Notes: generated from the letters alone by a model not told the origin. A stretch of 64,000 nucleotides of DNA from an uncultured archaeon (GCA_963799775.1 CAWCYD010000002.1:1-64000); one strand, 5' to 3'; shown: positions 1-11,979, counted from the stretch's first letter. Numbers and translations are program-made.

Positions 1-872
1 TGGGCCGCTACGACCTCAGGGCTTACTTCCAGAACTCCACGAACCTCCAGCTGGTCCAAAGCAGCCTCTTGATTCTGAACGACTCGTCATGGGTGTCTCT
101 GTCCAACGCGTGCCAGCCCGAGCCGGTGACATCCCAGAGCATCTCCTACTCGGCGAGCCTGGCCAAAGGCCCTCAGACGTGGCCCAAGACGCTATACCTC
201 ATGTACAGGGCCTTCGGCGTCGAAGACGTCGCCTCTTACCCTGTCAAGGCCAACCTGGCCAGCGTGAACTTCCTCGCGGCTCCCTGGAACAAGACCGTCC
301 CCGACATGAAGGTGAACGTGACGCCTACCCAGAACGTGATCCAGACCAGCCAGAACGGGAGCACGCTCTACATCCTCGCCGCGTCCTATCCGGTTTCGCT
401 GTCGTACTCTCTCGACATCAGCGGAGGCCACGACGCCTCCCAGGCGTCCCTGACGGTGTCTAAGAGCTACTCCATCCAGACTCAGAACGTGAGCCTCGCC
501 AAGCTCACGGTCAACGTCTTGAGCGACCAGAGCGCCCCGACCAATCTCGAGGTGACCGGGCCCAGTGGCGCGAACATATCCGGCGGGCTCGTCGGGACCA
601 ACCAGACGATGTCCTTCCTGCTCCCGCAAGGCACTTACTCCGTGAGCGCCACTCAAGCGGGCACAGTCCAGGCAGCCCAGGTAGCCTTGACCAACGGCTT
701 CGCGTCCGTGGTGACGCTGAACTTCAACACGCTCATGAGCTTCGAGATAATACTCATAGTCACGGCCGCTCTCGCTGCGATAGCGAACGTCCTCATCATT
801 GTCTTGAGGGGAAGTGACCCTTGGGTCGAGGATGTCCGCTCCGAAGGCCAAGTAGTGAGCCCTCCGGCCTGA
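1..872 (+). CDS. C-terminal part of a large S/T/N-rich surface protein with a C-terminal TM anchor (5'-truncated by window)
   Basis: Frame open from the window start (GRYDLRAYFQNSTNLQ...). Beta-rich composition; hydrophobic FEIILIVTAALAAIANVLIIVL near the end. Confidence 0.6.
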   Translation, partial: GRYDLRAYFQNSTNLQLVQSSLLILNDSSWVSLSNACQPEPVTSQSISYSASLAKGPQTWPKTLYLMYRAFGVEDVASYPVKANLASVNFLAAPWNKTVPDMKVNVTPTQNVIQTSQNGSTLYILAASYPVSLSYSLDISGGHDASQASLTVSKSYSIQTQNVSLAKLTVNVLSDQSAPTNLEVTGPSGANISGGLVGTNQTMSFLLPQGTYSVSATQAGTVQAAQVALTNGFASVVTLNFNTLMSFEIILIVTAALAAIANVLIIVLRGSDPWVEDVRSEGQVVSPPA

Positions 873-929
873 AGGCCGACTGGTCTAAATCCGGCGTCTC
901 GCTGGGATGAATGAGAAGGACGTCCTCCG

Positions 930-1616
930 TTGAAGATAGCTTTCGCCGCTGACATCCACCGCGATGGCAGGATCTTCCCCTGGGTGGAGAAGGAGTTACA
1001 GGCCTCTGACGTCGTGGCCATAGGAGGAGACATCGACGACCCCTACCTGGGCCTGCCGAACTTCAAGTTCAACTACGTGATGCACAAGCTCAGGCCCAAC
1101 GTCGTCAGAGACAGGCTTCTTCGCATCGCTGGGAGGAGTCCCGAGAAGCCAGTTGTGGTGGTCTTGGGGAACCACGACAACAGGGACCCACGGGCCTTCC
1201 ACGGCAGGTCCATCACCTACGAGGGTCTTGTCGTAGGCGGCATCAGCGGATCCCTTCCGGGAAGCTCTCCTTTCCCATTCCAGGTGAAGGAGCCCGAATA
1301 CAAGTCGATCCTTGATCAGCTGGGACACGTCGACGTCCTGATCACCCATCAGCCTCCTTATGGGACCAAGTGCGATGTCGCCTATGGAGGCGCACACGCC
1401 GGCTCAGAGTCGATCCGGGCCTACATCGACAAGGAGAGCCCCCGGCTCGTGCTCACCGGCCACATCCACGAGAGCCCCGCGGTCGACCGTGTCGGAGTAA
1501 CGACGATCCTCAATCCGGGGCCTTTCTTCGAGGGCAACTATGCGGAGGTGGAACTGGATGGGAACGAGGTCCGGGCAACGATCATGGATGCGGTTACAGG
1601 CAAGCCGAAATCCTGA
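930..1616 (+). CDS. Calcineurin-like (Icc) metallophosphoesterase
   Basis: Motifs ADIH, GGDI, GNHD, THQPP, GHIHE. Confidence 0.85.
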   Translation: MKIAFAADIHRDGRIFPWVEKELQASDVVAIGGDIDDPYLGLPNFKFNYVMHKLRPNVVRDRLLRIAGRSPEKPVVVVLGNHDNRDPRAFHGRSITYEGLVVGGISGSLPGSSPFPFQVKEPEYKSILDQLGHVDVLITHQPPYGTKCDVAYGGAHAGSESIRAYIDKESPRLVLTGHIHESPAVDRVGVTTILNPGPFFEGNYAEVELDGNEVRATIMDAVTGKPKS

Positions 1617-1689
1617 GCAGAGTCGCGTCGCGAAACTCCCAAAGAGCGATTCAGCCTTAAATCATGGGCTCCTCGCGAAGCGGACCAAC

Positions 1690-3767
1690 TTGGCAAAGGA
1701 GGGGAGGCAGAACCGTCTCATCAAAGAGAAGAGCCCCTATCTCCTGCAATACTCTAAGAATCCAATCGACTGGTTCCCTTGGGGAGAGGAGGCGTTCGCC
1801 AAGGCCCGAAGCGAAGACAAGCCGATTTTCCTGAGCATTGGATATTCCACTTGTCACTGGTGCCACGTACAACTAGAAGAGAGCTTCGAGAACGAAGAGA
1901 TAGCGGCCGTCCTCAACGAGAAGTTCGTCCCAGTCAAAGTCGACAGGGAGGAGCGCCCCGACCTGGACGAGATCTACATGAAGGCCGTCACGACCCTCAC
2001 GGGCCACGGCGGTTGGCCTCTCTCCGTCTTCCTGACGCCCCAGCTCAAGCCCTTCTACGGAGGCACCTACTTCCCGCCTTTCCCGCGCGACGGGATGCCC
2101 GGCTTCCTTGACGTTCTCAACTTCATCGCCGACACCTGGAAGACGAAACGGGAAGAGGTCGTCCAGAGCTCCGAGGAGATCACCAAGGTCATCAGCAGCG
2201 AGTACGTCCTCAGGGGAGAGGGGGCGCTCACCAAGCTCCTCCTCGACAACGCCTACGCTGTCGTCCTCTCGGCCCACGATTCCCAGTACGGCGGGTTCGG
2301 ACGGGCCCCGAAGTTCCCGCTCCCCAGCTACATCGGCTTCCTCCTCCGCTACTACGCGAGGACCCACAAGACGATGGCTCTCGCCCCCGTCCTGAAGACG
2401 CTGGACTCGATGGCAATCGGAGGCATACACGACCATCTGGCCGGAGGGTTCCACAGGTACTCGACGGACAGGTACTGGCTGATCCCGCACTTTGAGAAGA
2501 TGCTCTATGACAACGCCCTCCTGGCGAGGGCCTACGCCGACGCCTACCGCACCACCAGGACCCAGAGGTACGCGACGACCGTCCGAAACATCCTCGAATG
2601 GCTCCTCGAGGAGATGAACTCGCCCGAGGGCGGCTTCTACTCTGCCCAGGACGCGGACACGCCCGAGGGTGAGGGCTACTACTACACCTGGACGCCCGCG
2701 GAGGTCTCGAAGGCCTGGGCGAGAAGGACGGCGCCATCTTCTGCGAACTCTACGGCGTCACGAACGAGGGGAACTTCGAGGGCCACAGGTCCGTGCTGAG
2801 CGTGTCCACGACGCTGGAGAAGGCGGCCGAGAAGTTCGGGTTGGGCATCGACGAGCTCGAGAAGAAGATGGCGAAGGCCCGAGCGGCCCTGCTCAGCGCA
2901 AGAAGACAGAGGAACCGCCCCAGCGTCGACGACAAGATACTCGCCTCCTGGAACGGGCTCGCCATCTCGGGCTTCGCGTGCGCCTACCAGGCGCTCCAGG
3001 AGCCAAGATATCTTGCCGCCGCGACGAAGTGCGCCGACTTCGTGCTCAACACGCTGGTCAAGAAGGGAACCAGCCCGATGCTCTTCAGGAGATACAGGGA
3101 CGGCGACGTCGCCATCGCCGGGGTCCTGGAGGACTACTCCTTTCTCATCGCCGGCCTGCTCGACCTATACGAGGCCTCTTTCGAGATGAGATGGATGGGG
3201 GCGGCTACCTCTCTCGCCGGGGAGATGACCGCCCTCTTCTGGGACGCCGACGTCGGGGGCTTCTTCCTAAAGCCACCTCAGGGCGACATCGTCGCGATCA
3301 AGGAGGGCTACGACGGCCCGACCCCTTCCGGGAACTCGGTCGCAGCGATGGACCTCCTCCGTCTTGCCGAGTTCACGGGCAACAAGGACTACAAGGAGAT
3401 GGCGGAGACGACGCTGAAGCTCTTCGCGGAGCCGATGGAGACGAGCCCCACGGGCTACCTCGAGATGCTGGGCGCGGTCGACTTTTCCTTCGGCTCGAAG
3501 GAGATAGTGGTAGCGAAGGGATGGGAGCCCGGCGAGCTCCAGGCGATGGTCAGGGAGGTCCAGACGCGCTACCTCCCGACGAAGGTCCTCGCGCTGGCGG
3601 ACGGCGACCCTGCGTTGGCACCACTCACCGAAGGCAAGGCCAGCCTCAAGGGCAGGCCGACCGTCTACGTCTGCGAGAACTTTGCGTGCAAGGCCCCGGT
3701 GACCGACGTCCTGGCGCTGAAACGCGAGCTCGACACAGGGACTGCAGAAGGAGGGGCCGCGTCATGA
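1690..3767 (+). CDS. YyaL/SSP411 thioredoxin-domain protein (frameshift near 2716)
   Basis: [33 protein letters not shown] and [11 protein letters not shown], continuing in another frame with [10 protein letters not shown] and EDY. Confidence 0.9.
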
Positions 3768-4582
3768 GGGCCACGGTCCTCGTCGACACGGAGCGGCCCA
3801 AGGTGAGCGAGAGCGAGGTCATCTCCGTCCTGAAGAAGTCGGGCATAGAGTACTCCACCACCAGCCCGTCATTCGGCGTGGTGGTCGGGGGCGACGGCCT
3901 CTTCAGCTACCAAGGAAGGCAGCTCAGCATCCCGCTCCTCTTCGTCGGGACCAAGTCCGTCCGGCCCACGGATTCCAAGGCCCGTCTAGCGGAGGTCTAC
4001 CTGACGGGCCTCGAGGCTGCGCTGAAGCGCGTGAGGGCCGGAGACTACACCGTGACCAAGCACAAGAGGCTGGAGGTCTCGGTCGGCGGCGGCGAGTTCA
4101 GGGGGGAGATATTCACGGACGTCTCGCTGGAGAAGGGCGCAGACAGCAACTGCATCCGCTACACGCTCGAAGTGAGTCAGAGACGAGGAGGCTTCACCGA
4201 CTCGGCCGTCGCCAACGGGATAGTGATAACGACGTCCGCGGGCTCGACGGGCTACTTCTCCTACCTAGACAAGCTCGACCGCGGCCACATTCTACAGCCC
4301 GAGAAGTACTCGAAGATTGGGGAGGACGAGGTCGGGGTCTGCCACATAGCGCCCACCTACACCTCGAGGAGCGAGTCCACGATCCACCCGTTGCGCTACA
4401 GCGTCCCATGGGGCGCCCGCTTCAAGATAACGCTGATGCGCGACGCCGACGCCCACCTCTTCGGCGTCACAAGGTCGAGGAAGGGCCTGAGGATAAAGAC
4501 CGAGGACACAGTGGAGGTAGGCCCGAGCAGCAACACCACGAACGTGATCAGGCTGGCGGCCCGGGAGCCTACGCGGTCTTAG
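3764..4582 (+). CDS. NAD kinase-like protein (divergent)
   Basis: ATG overlaps the upstream TGA; VVGGDG and GIVITTSAGSTGY motifs. Confidence 0.65.
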   Translation: MRATVLVDTERPKVSESEVISVLKKSGIEYSTTSPSFGVVVGGDGLFSYQGRQLSIPLLFVGTKSVRPTDSKARLAEVYLTGLEAALKRVRAGDYTVTKHKRLEVSVGGGEFRGEIFTDVSLEKGADSNCIRYTLEVSQRRGGFTDSAVANGIVITTSAGSTGYFSYLDKLDRGHILQPEKYSKIGEDEVGVCHIAPTYTSRSESTIHPLRYSVPWGARFKITLMRDADAHLFGVTRSRKGLRIKTEDTVEVGPSSNTTNVIRLAAREPTRS

Positions 4583-5795
4583 CCAAAAGGCCGACCATCT
4601 GCTCCGCCGTCGCGACCAGAGGCGTCGACTCGAGCTGGACCTTCACGCTCTCCTGGTCCTTCAGGCCGTTCCCGGTGCAGATGCAGACGACGGTCGCTTC
4701 CTTCGGGATTTTCCCAATCAGCTTCTTCAGCGCAGCGAGAGGCACCGCGCTAGCCGGCTCGACGAAGATCCCTTCGGTCGAAGCGAGGTCCATCCTCGCC
4801 GCTATCGTCTCCTCGTCTGTCACCGCCAGCGCCGTCCCGTTCGACTCCCTCAGGGCCGCCAAGGCCTTTCTCCACGACGCCGGGTTCCCGATGTTTATCG
4901 CGGACGCTATCGTCTTTGGATGGACCGCGGTGACCGAGTCGCGGTTGTGGGTGAAGGCCTCGACGATTGGCTGAGCCCCGGCCGCCTGCACTCCCACCAT
5001 CCTCGGCAGCGAGCTCGAGATCCCCCACTGCTTCAGCTCCTTGAACCCCTTCCAGATGGCACTGATGTTCCCGGCGTTCCCGACGGGGAGGACGACGTAG
5101 TCGGGCACCTCGTACCCGAGCTGCTCGTAGATCTCGTAGGCGTTCGTCTTCTGCCCCTCGATCCTGTATGGGTTGACGGAGTTCATCACCGAGAGCTCCT
5201 TGATCTCGGCCGCGACCTTCAGCGTGATATTCAGTGCGGCGTCGAAGTCCCCTTCGACGCGGATTATCTTCGCCCCGTAGGCGTAGACCTGCGCGAGCTT
5301 GCCTGACGCGACCTTGCCTGCAGGGACGGTCACCATGGCCGTCACCCCGGATCGCGCCGCGTAGGCGGCCATCGAGGCGGCCGTGTTCCCCGTCGACGCG
5401 CAGACCAGCAGCTTCGCGCCTCCCTGGACGGCCCTCGTCACGGCGACGGTCATCCCCCGGTCCTTGAACGAGCCGGATGGGTTCTGCCCCTCGTTCTTGA
5501 CGTGGAGCTTCCTGAGGCCCAGCTTGGCGCCTATCCTCTCGACGCGCACCAGCGGCGTGTCACCCTCCTCGAGCGAGACTGCCTTCACTTCAGGTTCAAG
5601 AGGGAACGCCTTCCTGAATCTCCACGTCCCGGGCTGCCCCTTCTCTCCGTAGAGCTGGCTCTTGGAGACCGGCCCTTCCTTCACTAGCTCCAGCAGGTTC
5701 GAGCATTTGACGCACTCGTAGCTCCTCACGTCGCTCTCGTAGGTCGCGCCGCAAGCGACGCACCTCTGCGTCCAGCCTTCAGCTACCTTTGACAA
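4569..5795 (-). CDS. thrC: Threonine synthase
   Basis: EGQNPSGSFKDRG (PLP lysine), CASTGNTAAS, PVGNAGN; adjacent to thrB. Confidence 0.93.
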   Translation of the reverse strand: MSKVAEGWTQRCVACGATYESDVRSYECVKCSNLLELVKEGPVSKSQLYGEKGQPGTWRFRKAFPLEPEVKAVSLEEGDTPLVRVERIGAKLGLRKLHVKNEGQNPSGSFKDRGMTVAVTRAVQGGAKLLVCASTGNTAASMAAYAARSGVTAMVTVPAGKVASGKLAQVYAYGAKIIRVEGDFDAALNITLKVAAEIKELSVMNSVNPYRIEGQKTNAYEIYEQLGYEVPDYVVLPVGNAGNISAIWKGFKELKQWGISSSLPRMVGVQAAGAQPIVEAFTHNRDSVTAVHPKTIASAINIGNPASWRKALAALRESNGTALAVTDEETIAARMDLASTEGIFVEPASAVPLAALKKLIGKIPKEATVVCICTGNGLKDQESVKVQLESTPLVATAEQMVGLLAKTA

Positions 5796-6741
5796 CCCTC
5801 GCTCCCTCGCCTATCTTCGTGACAAACCCGCCCGACCTGACCTTCTCCTCCTGGAACGCGGCCAGCATCGCCTTCAGAACCTGTGCGGGCTTGCTCTTCT
5901 TCTTGTCCACGAGCGCAAGCATCGAAGGCCCGGCGCCACTTATACAAACCCCTACCGCGCCCGACGTCATGGCCCTTGACCTGACTCGGTCATAGCCCGG
6001 AATCATGGACTTCCTCGCCCGCTCCACCGCCTTGTCGGTCATCCCCTTGCCTATGAGATTGATATCTTTCTTGGAAAACCCTGAGACCATCAAGCTCGCG
6101 CTGGCCACGTTGGCGACCAGAGTCTCGAGCGTGACGGACTTTGGCAAGATCGACCTCGCGTACTCAGTCTTCCTCTGCGGCAGGTCGACGATCGGTGTTG
6201 CAACGCAGACGGCCAGGGCTGCCGGAGGGTCGAATCTGACCGCCGTGGGCCTCTCGCCCTTCCCTCCTCTCACGACCACAAACCCTCCGAGAATCGAGGC
6301 GGAGACGTTGTCGTAGTGGGGACTGCCAGACATGACGGCCTCTCCCTTGCCCGCGAAGTAGATCAGCTCGTCACCTGTGAGATTCAGCCCGAAGAGCTCG
6401 TTCATCGCGAAGGCCGCCGCAGCCGCGGAGGCCCCGCTGCTCCCCATCCCCATCCCGATGGGAACCCTCTTCTCCAGCTCGACCAATATCTCCTTCTTTA
6501 TCCCAAGCTCCGCGGCCATCTCGTGGCACACCACGCAGGCGCCGTTCTCGAGCTCTGATTTTGGGACGCTCAGGCCGATGACCTTCGCCATCCTCACCCT
6601 TCCCTGATGCGAAGACCCCCTCCCGAGCCTGAGGCGGACGGCGTCCCTGGGGGCGTCGAGGGCCAGTGCGAAGACGTCAAAACCCGGGCCGAGGTTTGCG
6701 GAGGAAGCCGGCGCCTCGACTCGGATCGTATCCAAATTCAC
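5779..6741 (-). CDS. thrB: Homoserine kinase
   Basis: APASSANLGPGFD, GMGSSGASAAA, HYDNV, ISGAGPS. Confidence 0.93.
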   Translation of the reverse strand: MNLDTIRVEAPASSANLGPGFDVFALALDAPRDAVRLRLGRGSSHQGRVRMAKVIGLSVPKSELENGACVVCHEMAAELGIKKEILVELEKRVPIGMGMGSSGASAAAAAFAMNELFGLNLTGDELIYFAGKGEAVMSGSPHYDNVSASILGGFVVVRGGKGERPTAVRFDPPAALAVCVATPIVDLPQRKTEYARSILPKSVTLETLVANVASASLMVSGFSKKDINLIGKGMTDKAVERARKSMIPGYDRVRSRAMTSGAVGVCISGAGPSMLALVDKKKSKPAQVLKAMLAAFQEEKVRSGGFVTKIGEGARVVKGS

Positions 6742-6853
6742 TTTTCATGTCCCAGACCGTTGATTATATGTGCGTATCAATCCATGATCTTCATCCCATC
6801 CGACACAAACCTATTTCTATCGACGACGAATTCTCGTTGCAAAGCTCCCCAAG

Positions 6854-8408
6854 ATGTCATCATCCCTCAAGCCTAGAGAGTATCAACAGAAGATCGCGGA
6901 GGCAGCCTCCCAGGCGAACACGCTCGTCGTCCTCCCGACCGGCCTAGGCAAGACCCTGATCGCCCTCCTCGTCGCCAAGATACGTGTGGAGAAGTTCCCC
7001 CAAGGAAAGGTGGTCGTCCTCGCCCCCACGAAGCCTCTCGTCCTCCAGCACTACAACTCGTTCAAGGAGATACTCTCCCTAGAGTCCAAGGACGCCGCCC
7101 TCATCACGGGCGAGAACCCACCCGAGGAGAGGAGCTACCTCTGGAGACGGTCGAGGTATGTCTTCGCCACCCCGCAGACTGTCCGGAACGACGTCCGCCA
7201 CGGGAGGGTCGACCTCAACGACGTCGTCCTTCTCGTCTTCGACGAGGCTCACCGCTCCGTCAAGGACTACTCTTACACCGAGCTTGCACGCCTCTACAAG
7301 GAGACGGGGTGGACCCCTCTCATCCTCGGGCTCACTGCCTCGCCGGGCGGATCCAGGGAGAAGATCAACGAGATAACAAACAACCTCTTCATCGAAAGGG
7401 TGGAGGCGAGGAGCGAGGAGGACGAGGACGTAAGGGGATACGTGGAGAAGACTGAGTTCGAGGGGAGGCGCGTCGCCCTCCCCAAGGAGTACGGCCAGCT
7501 CCTCATGATCCTCCGCGACGTCTACAACGAGAAGGTGAACAAGCTCGTCTCGTCGGGCTTCCTCCCGAAGACGCGCCTATCGAAGAAGATGCTCCTGCAG
7601 GCGCGCGCCACCATGCTCGCGAGGCTCAAGGCCGGCGGGAACAAGGGCTACATCTTCGGCGCCCTCATCAACCAGGCCCAGGCGATAATGGTGAACCACG
7701 CCCTCGAGCTCGCAGAGACACAGGGCGTCGAGGTCCTCCTGAAGTATCTCAAGCGCCAGCGGGAGAAGCCGGACCAGGGCAAGTCGGCGACGGCGCTCCA
7801 GAAGGGACCCCCGGTGGATCATGCTGGAGGAGGAAGCGCAGAGGGTCAAAGATGTCGAGTATCCGAAGCTAACCGAGATCAGGTCCATAGTGAAGGGCCA
7901 GTTCGCGGTCAAGCCCGATTCCAAGGTCATCATCTTCACGCAATACAGGGACACGATCGAGTCGATCATCGACTCGCTCGCCAAAGACGGCGTCGTCGGG
8001 CAGAGGTTCGTCGGCCAGGCCAACAAGACCGACAGCGAGGGGATGGACCAGAAGAAGCAGACCGACGTCCTTGAGAGGTTCACCGAGGGCGAGTTCAAGG
8101 TCCTCGTCAGCAGCAGCATAGGCGAGGAGGGCCTCCACGTCCCCGACGTGGACCTCGTCGTCTTCTACGAGGCGGTCCCGTCTGAGATCCGGGCGATCCA
8201 GAGGAAGGGGCGCACCGGGAGGACCATGCGGGGCAAGGTCATCGTCCTGATAGCGGAGGGGACGGTCGACGAGGCCTACTTCTACAGCAGCCTTCGGCGG
8301 GAGAAGTTCATGAAGAGCATGGTCTCCCCCGCGAAGGAAGATGGCAAGAAGCAAACTGCAGCTCCGAAGGAGGCGAAGGCCACGACCCTCCTGGACTTCG
8401 TGGACTAG
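6854..8408 (+). CDS. Hef/FANCM-like SF2 helicase without nuclease domain (frameshift near 7805)
   Basis: PREYQ, LPTGLGKT, DEAH, GLTASP, then SIGEEGL and IQRKGRTGR in a second frame. Confidence 0.88.
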
Positions 8409-8447
8409 CAGACACTCTCAAATCCCAGTTAGACTCTTTGGTAAGCC

Positions 8448-8825
8448 ATGAGACTCGTCAACATCATCCTCCGTGTGAGCGACCTTGAGACATCGACCAG
8501 ATTCTATGGGGACACCCTCGGGCTGAAGGAGCAGGGAAGCGTTCACCGGGCGAGTTCGTGTTCTTTGATGTCGGCGGAGCCACCTTGGCGATCAGGGAGA
8601 CCACCCGCGCAGTGTTGCCTGGGGACACGGAGTATTCCTTCGAGGTCGCTGACATAGCGTCGACCTACGACTCCCTGAAATCGAAGGTCGCTTTCCGACA
8701 GCCGCCCCGGCCAGTCACCGGTGACAAGACGAGGGACCGTCTACGCCACAGATTTTCAAGACCCGGACGGCCACACCTTGTCCATCACGGGATGGGTGCC
8801 CAAGTCGTCTCCAATCAAGATCTAG
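8448..8825 (+). CDS. VOC/glyoxalase family protein (two frameshifts)
   Basis: LRVSDLETSTRFYGDTLGL ... SFEVADI ... FQDPDGHTLSI spread across frames. Confidence 0.7.
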
Positions 8826-8841
8826 CAGAGGTCCGTCAAGA

Positions 8842-9261
8842 TCAAGAGAGGCCCAACCTGATTAGAAAGTCAACCACCGAGACGGCGACCAAGATAACCG
8901 TCGACACAAGCAACAAGATCGTCGATCTATTCAGCCGCTTGGTGTCCTTTCCAAGCATGTCCATCGATGTCGCGATGTCATCCAGGAAAGCGCGGGTAGA
9001 GGCGAGCAGCAACACTAGATACTCGTCGCGTTTCCGTGCGATCTCAAAGTCCTTGTCTTCCACGGCCTGCAAGCGGGAGTCGAGCTTTCGTTTTCTCAAC
9101 ACCTCCTCATCCTGGCCAGCGATCTCATACAAACCAAGCTTGACTAGCGGACCTCTCAAGGCGTCTCTTTCTGCAATCAGGGTCTCGAGTTCCTTCAGAG
9201 TTCTCTTGATTCGCTCGTCGCTCTCCGATGAGTCCTCGTTCTTCTGTCGACTGGCTCTCAA
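8842..9261 (-). CDS. Hypothetical coiled-coil protein with C-terminal TM helix
   Basis: Charged helical body followed by TILLLVSTVILVAVSVV. Confidence 0.5.
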   Translation of the reverse strand: MRASRQKNEDSSESDERIKRTLKELETLIAERDALRGPLVKLGLYEIAGQDEEVLRKRKLDSRLQAVEDKDFEIARKRDEYLVLLLASTRAFLDDIATSMDMLGKDTKRLNRSTILLLVSTVILVAVSVVDFLIRLGLS

Positions 9262-9339
9262 GCTCTCAGCGAATGCCCAAGATCGAAGGCCTGTCGCTGT
9301 ATTAAAAGGCCCGCTGACTCTTCCAAAATCGGTCCGAGG

Positions 9340-10563
9340 CTACCTGTAAGCCTCGAACTCCCTGCCGAGGACCGTCGACGCGATCTTGAGCTCCATTATC
9401 TCGTCCGTCCCCTCGTAGATCCTCGCGACGCGCGTGTCCAGAAGGTGCTTTGTGACGGGGGAGAGTATCGAGTACCCGAAACCACCGAAGCACTGGACCG
9501 CAGCGTCGGCCGTGTTGTACGCGGCCCTTGAGGCGACATACTTCGCCACGGCGCTCGCCCTGTCCACCTCGGTCCTCATCTCTAAGTTCCCGCGGTTGTT
9601 GTCGTACTCCTCCTTCTTGAGGGCAACCTGATAGACGAGCCATCTCGACGACTCGAGGTTGGCCACCATGGTGGCGACGTGCCTCTGGATGAGCTGGTGC
9701 TTCCCGATGGGTTTGCCGAACTGGGGCCTCGTGGTGACCCTCTCCTTCACCTGATTGATGCAGTCCTCCATTACCCCGAGGCAGCCCGACGCGATCCCCA
9801 GCCTCCCGTTGAGAAGCGCGGAGTAGGCGACAGGGAGCCCCCTCCCCTCCTCCCCGAGGACGTCCTCCTTCGGGACCTTCACGTTGTCCATCGAGAGCAA
9901 CGAGGTGTCAGAGGTGAACAGGCCCATCTTCTCCTCCATCCTCATCTCGACAGAGAACCCCGCCGCCTTGCTGTCCACGAGGAACGCGGTCATCCCCTTC
10001 GTCTGCCCCTCGGGATACGCGAAGACGATGAGCTTGTTGGCGACCGACCCGTTCGAGATCAGGTACTTGGACCCACTGACGTAGTAGTGACGGCCATCCT
10101 TCCTGAAGCTCGACTTTAGCGAGGACGGGTCGCTCCCCGCCTCAGGCTCGGTGAGCGCGTAGGCCAGCACCACCTCTCCCGTCGCGGCCTTTGGCAGGTA
10201 TCTCTGCTTGAACTCCTCGCTCCCCCACTCCTGGAGGGTCAGGCTCCCCAGGGCCTGGTGGACGTCCACGAAAGTGATGACCCCGAGCCCCAGCTGCCCG
10301 AGCCGCTCCAAGGTCAGGGCGTGGACTAGAGGCCTCGCCCCTTCTCCTCCGTACTTCTTTGCTATCGGGACGCCCATCAGGCGGTGCTTCTTTATGATCT
10401 CAGGAATCTTGTCGTTGAACTTCCTCTCCACATACTTCTCGAACTCCGGTAGGACTAGCTCGTCGCAGGCCGCCTCGACCCTCTCGAAGAGCTTCCTGTC
10501 ATCCTCCGTCAGGTCGATGAGCTTCGATGCGTCATCCACCGAGCGAGCGAAGAGGCTTTCCAT
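9340..10563 (-). CDS. Acyl-CoA dehydrogenase
   Basis: YALTEPEAGSD, GSKYLISNG, QCFGGFGY, RIYEGTDEI. Confidence 0.93.
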   Translation of the reverse strand: MESLFARSVDDASKLIDLTEDDRKLFERVEAACDELVLPEFEKYVERKFNDKIPEIIKKHRLMGVPIAKKYGGEGARPLVHALTLERLGQLGLGVITFVDVHQALGSLTLQEWGSEEFKQRYLPKAATGEVVLAYALTEPEAGSDPSSLKSSFRKDGRHYYVSGSKYLISNGSVANKLIVFAYPEGQTKGMTAFLVDSKAAGFSVEMRMEEKMGLFTSDTSLLSMDNVKVPKEDVLGEEGRGLPVAYSALLNGRLGIASGCLGVMEDCINQVKERVTTRPQFGKPIGKHQLIQRHVATMVANLESSRWLVYQVALKKEEYDNNRGNLEMRTEVDRASAVAKYVASRAAYNTADAAVQCFGGFGYSILSPVTKHLLDTRVARIYEGTDEIMELKIASTVLGREFEAYR

Positions 10564-10604
10564 CTTTTGTTTCTGCGGGCAAGGCGCAAGGGAACGACGT
10601 TTAA

Positions 10605-11972
10605 CAGTTACGAGCGAGAAATCCTAAGGTGCTTTAACCCTGGGATAAGACCGAGGCGCTTTTATGCATTGAAGGGGAACTAGGTAATAGATGCCATCAG
10701 CGCTGCGCTTTCGTCTCTATCCATCGCACAAACAAGAGACGAGAATGCTCCACACGCTGGAATCGTGCAGACATCTATGGAACGACGCGCTCGCACATCG
10801 AAAGGACAGATGGCAAGACGAACGTAGATCGACATCGTACAATTATCAGCAGTGGTGCCCTCACCGAGGAGCGACGACTCAATCCAGAAGTTGGGGCATT
10901 ATACTCCCAGGTGGCCCAGGACGTCCTCCATCGTCTCGACAGCGCATTTCAGCGATTCTTCAAGGACCAGGGCAAACATCCAAAGTTCAAGAGATTCCCC
11001 GAGTCCGGTTCCTTCACGTATCCACAGGCATACAACGGCTCAGTCCGACCAGATGTTCGAAGACGGCGCCTTTTCGTCTCAAAGATAGGCAACGTTCCTG
11101 CCATCTTCCATAGACCGCTTCCAAAGGACTCTCGAATGAAGACGTGCACGATAATCCACGAGCCAGACGGAAAATGGTTCGTATCGATGATATTCGAAGA
11201 GATCGTCCCTCTGCAGAATCTAAAGGAGCAGCCTCTTTTGGTCGTCAAACGACCCGTAGGAATTGACCTTGGTCTCCTCTCGCTCATCACGACATCTGAT
11301 GGCGAGAGCGTAGAGCACCCACGCTTCCTCCGCAAGTCAGAAAAGCGACTGAAACGTCTTCAACATGACCTCTCACGGAAGAAGAAGGGCTCGAAGAACC
11401 GCTTCAAGGCCCGAGAGCGCGTCGCATCACAGCATGCAAAGGTGAGACGCCAGCGTCTCGATTTCAACCACAAGCTCTCCACAAGGCTAGTCACCGAACA
11501 CAACCTTATCGCATTCGATGGACCTATGCATCAAGAACATGGTCAAGAACCATAGGCTGGCCAAGTCAATCCATGACGCAAGTTGGGGTCAGCTAGTTAG
11601 ATTGACAGAGTACAAGGCTCTCAAGGCTGGTTCGAGGGTGACCAAGGTCGCCGCTGCATATTCGACACAGGAGTGCTTCTACTGTGGGACCATCAACCTG
11701 ATCGACCTGAGTGTTCGAAAGTTCAATTGCGTCGGCTGTCGTCGTCATCTAAAGCGCGATCACAACGCTGCAAATATCGTGCTGAAGCGCGGCTTGGCTC
11801 TCGCGGGCCTTTTCGCACCAATGGTAGGGCAGGACATGCCCGAACTCAAGCCTGTAGAGATTAGGCCTCTACTCCTCCAGACAACTGGAGTGGCATGCCA
11901 GGTCGAGGAAGCAGGAACTACACGCCCACAAGGGCTGGAAGCCCACGACTTGAGGCCGTGGGAGGATGCCAC
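10605..11972 (+). mobile_element. IS200/IS605-family solo-tnpB element (IS1341-like)
   Basis: Left imperfect hairpin ATCCTAAGGT-GCTTTA-ACCCTGGGAT (~10621-10646) and right hairpin GGAAGCCCACGACTTGAGGCCGTGGGAGGATGCCAC (~11937-11972). No tnpA. Exact ends are inferred. Confidence 0.7.
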
Positions 11973-11979
11973 ACCATAG
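10691..11979 (+). CDS. tnpB: TnpB RNA-guided endonuclease (frameshifts near 10857 and 11518)
   Basis: FRLYP N-terminus, RuvC-I GIDLG, RuvC-II IAF(E)DL, Zn finger CFYC/CVGC, RuvC-III RDHNAA. Confidence 0.9.

Noticed and set aside
2669-3763. 637-aa ORF as a long fusion with the NAD kinase
   Set aside because: The N-terminal part is an Arg-rich shadow frame of YyaL; the real start is the ATG at 3764.
10690-10712. Possible self-targeting: the tnpB start (CCATCAGCGCTG) resembles the predicted guide (CCATAGCGCTG)
   Set aside because: Only 11 nt with a gap in the seed and no TTTAA next to it; compatible with chance.
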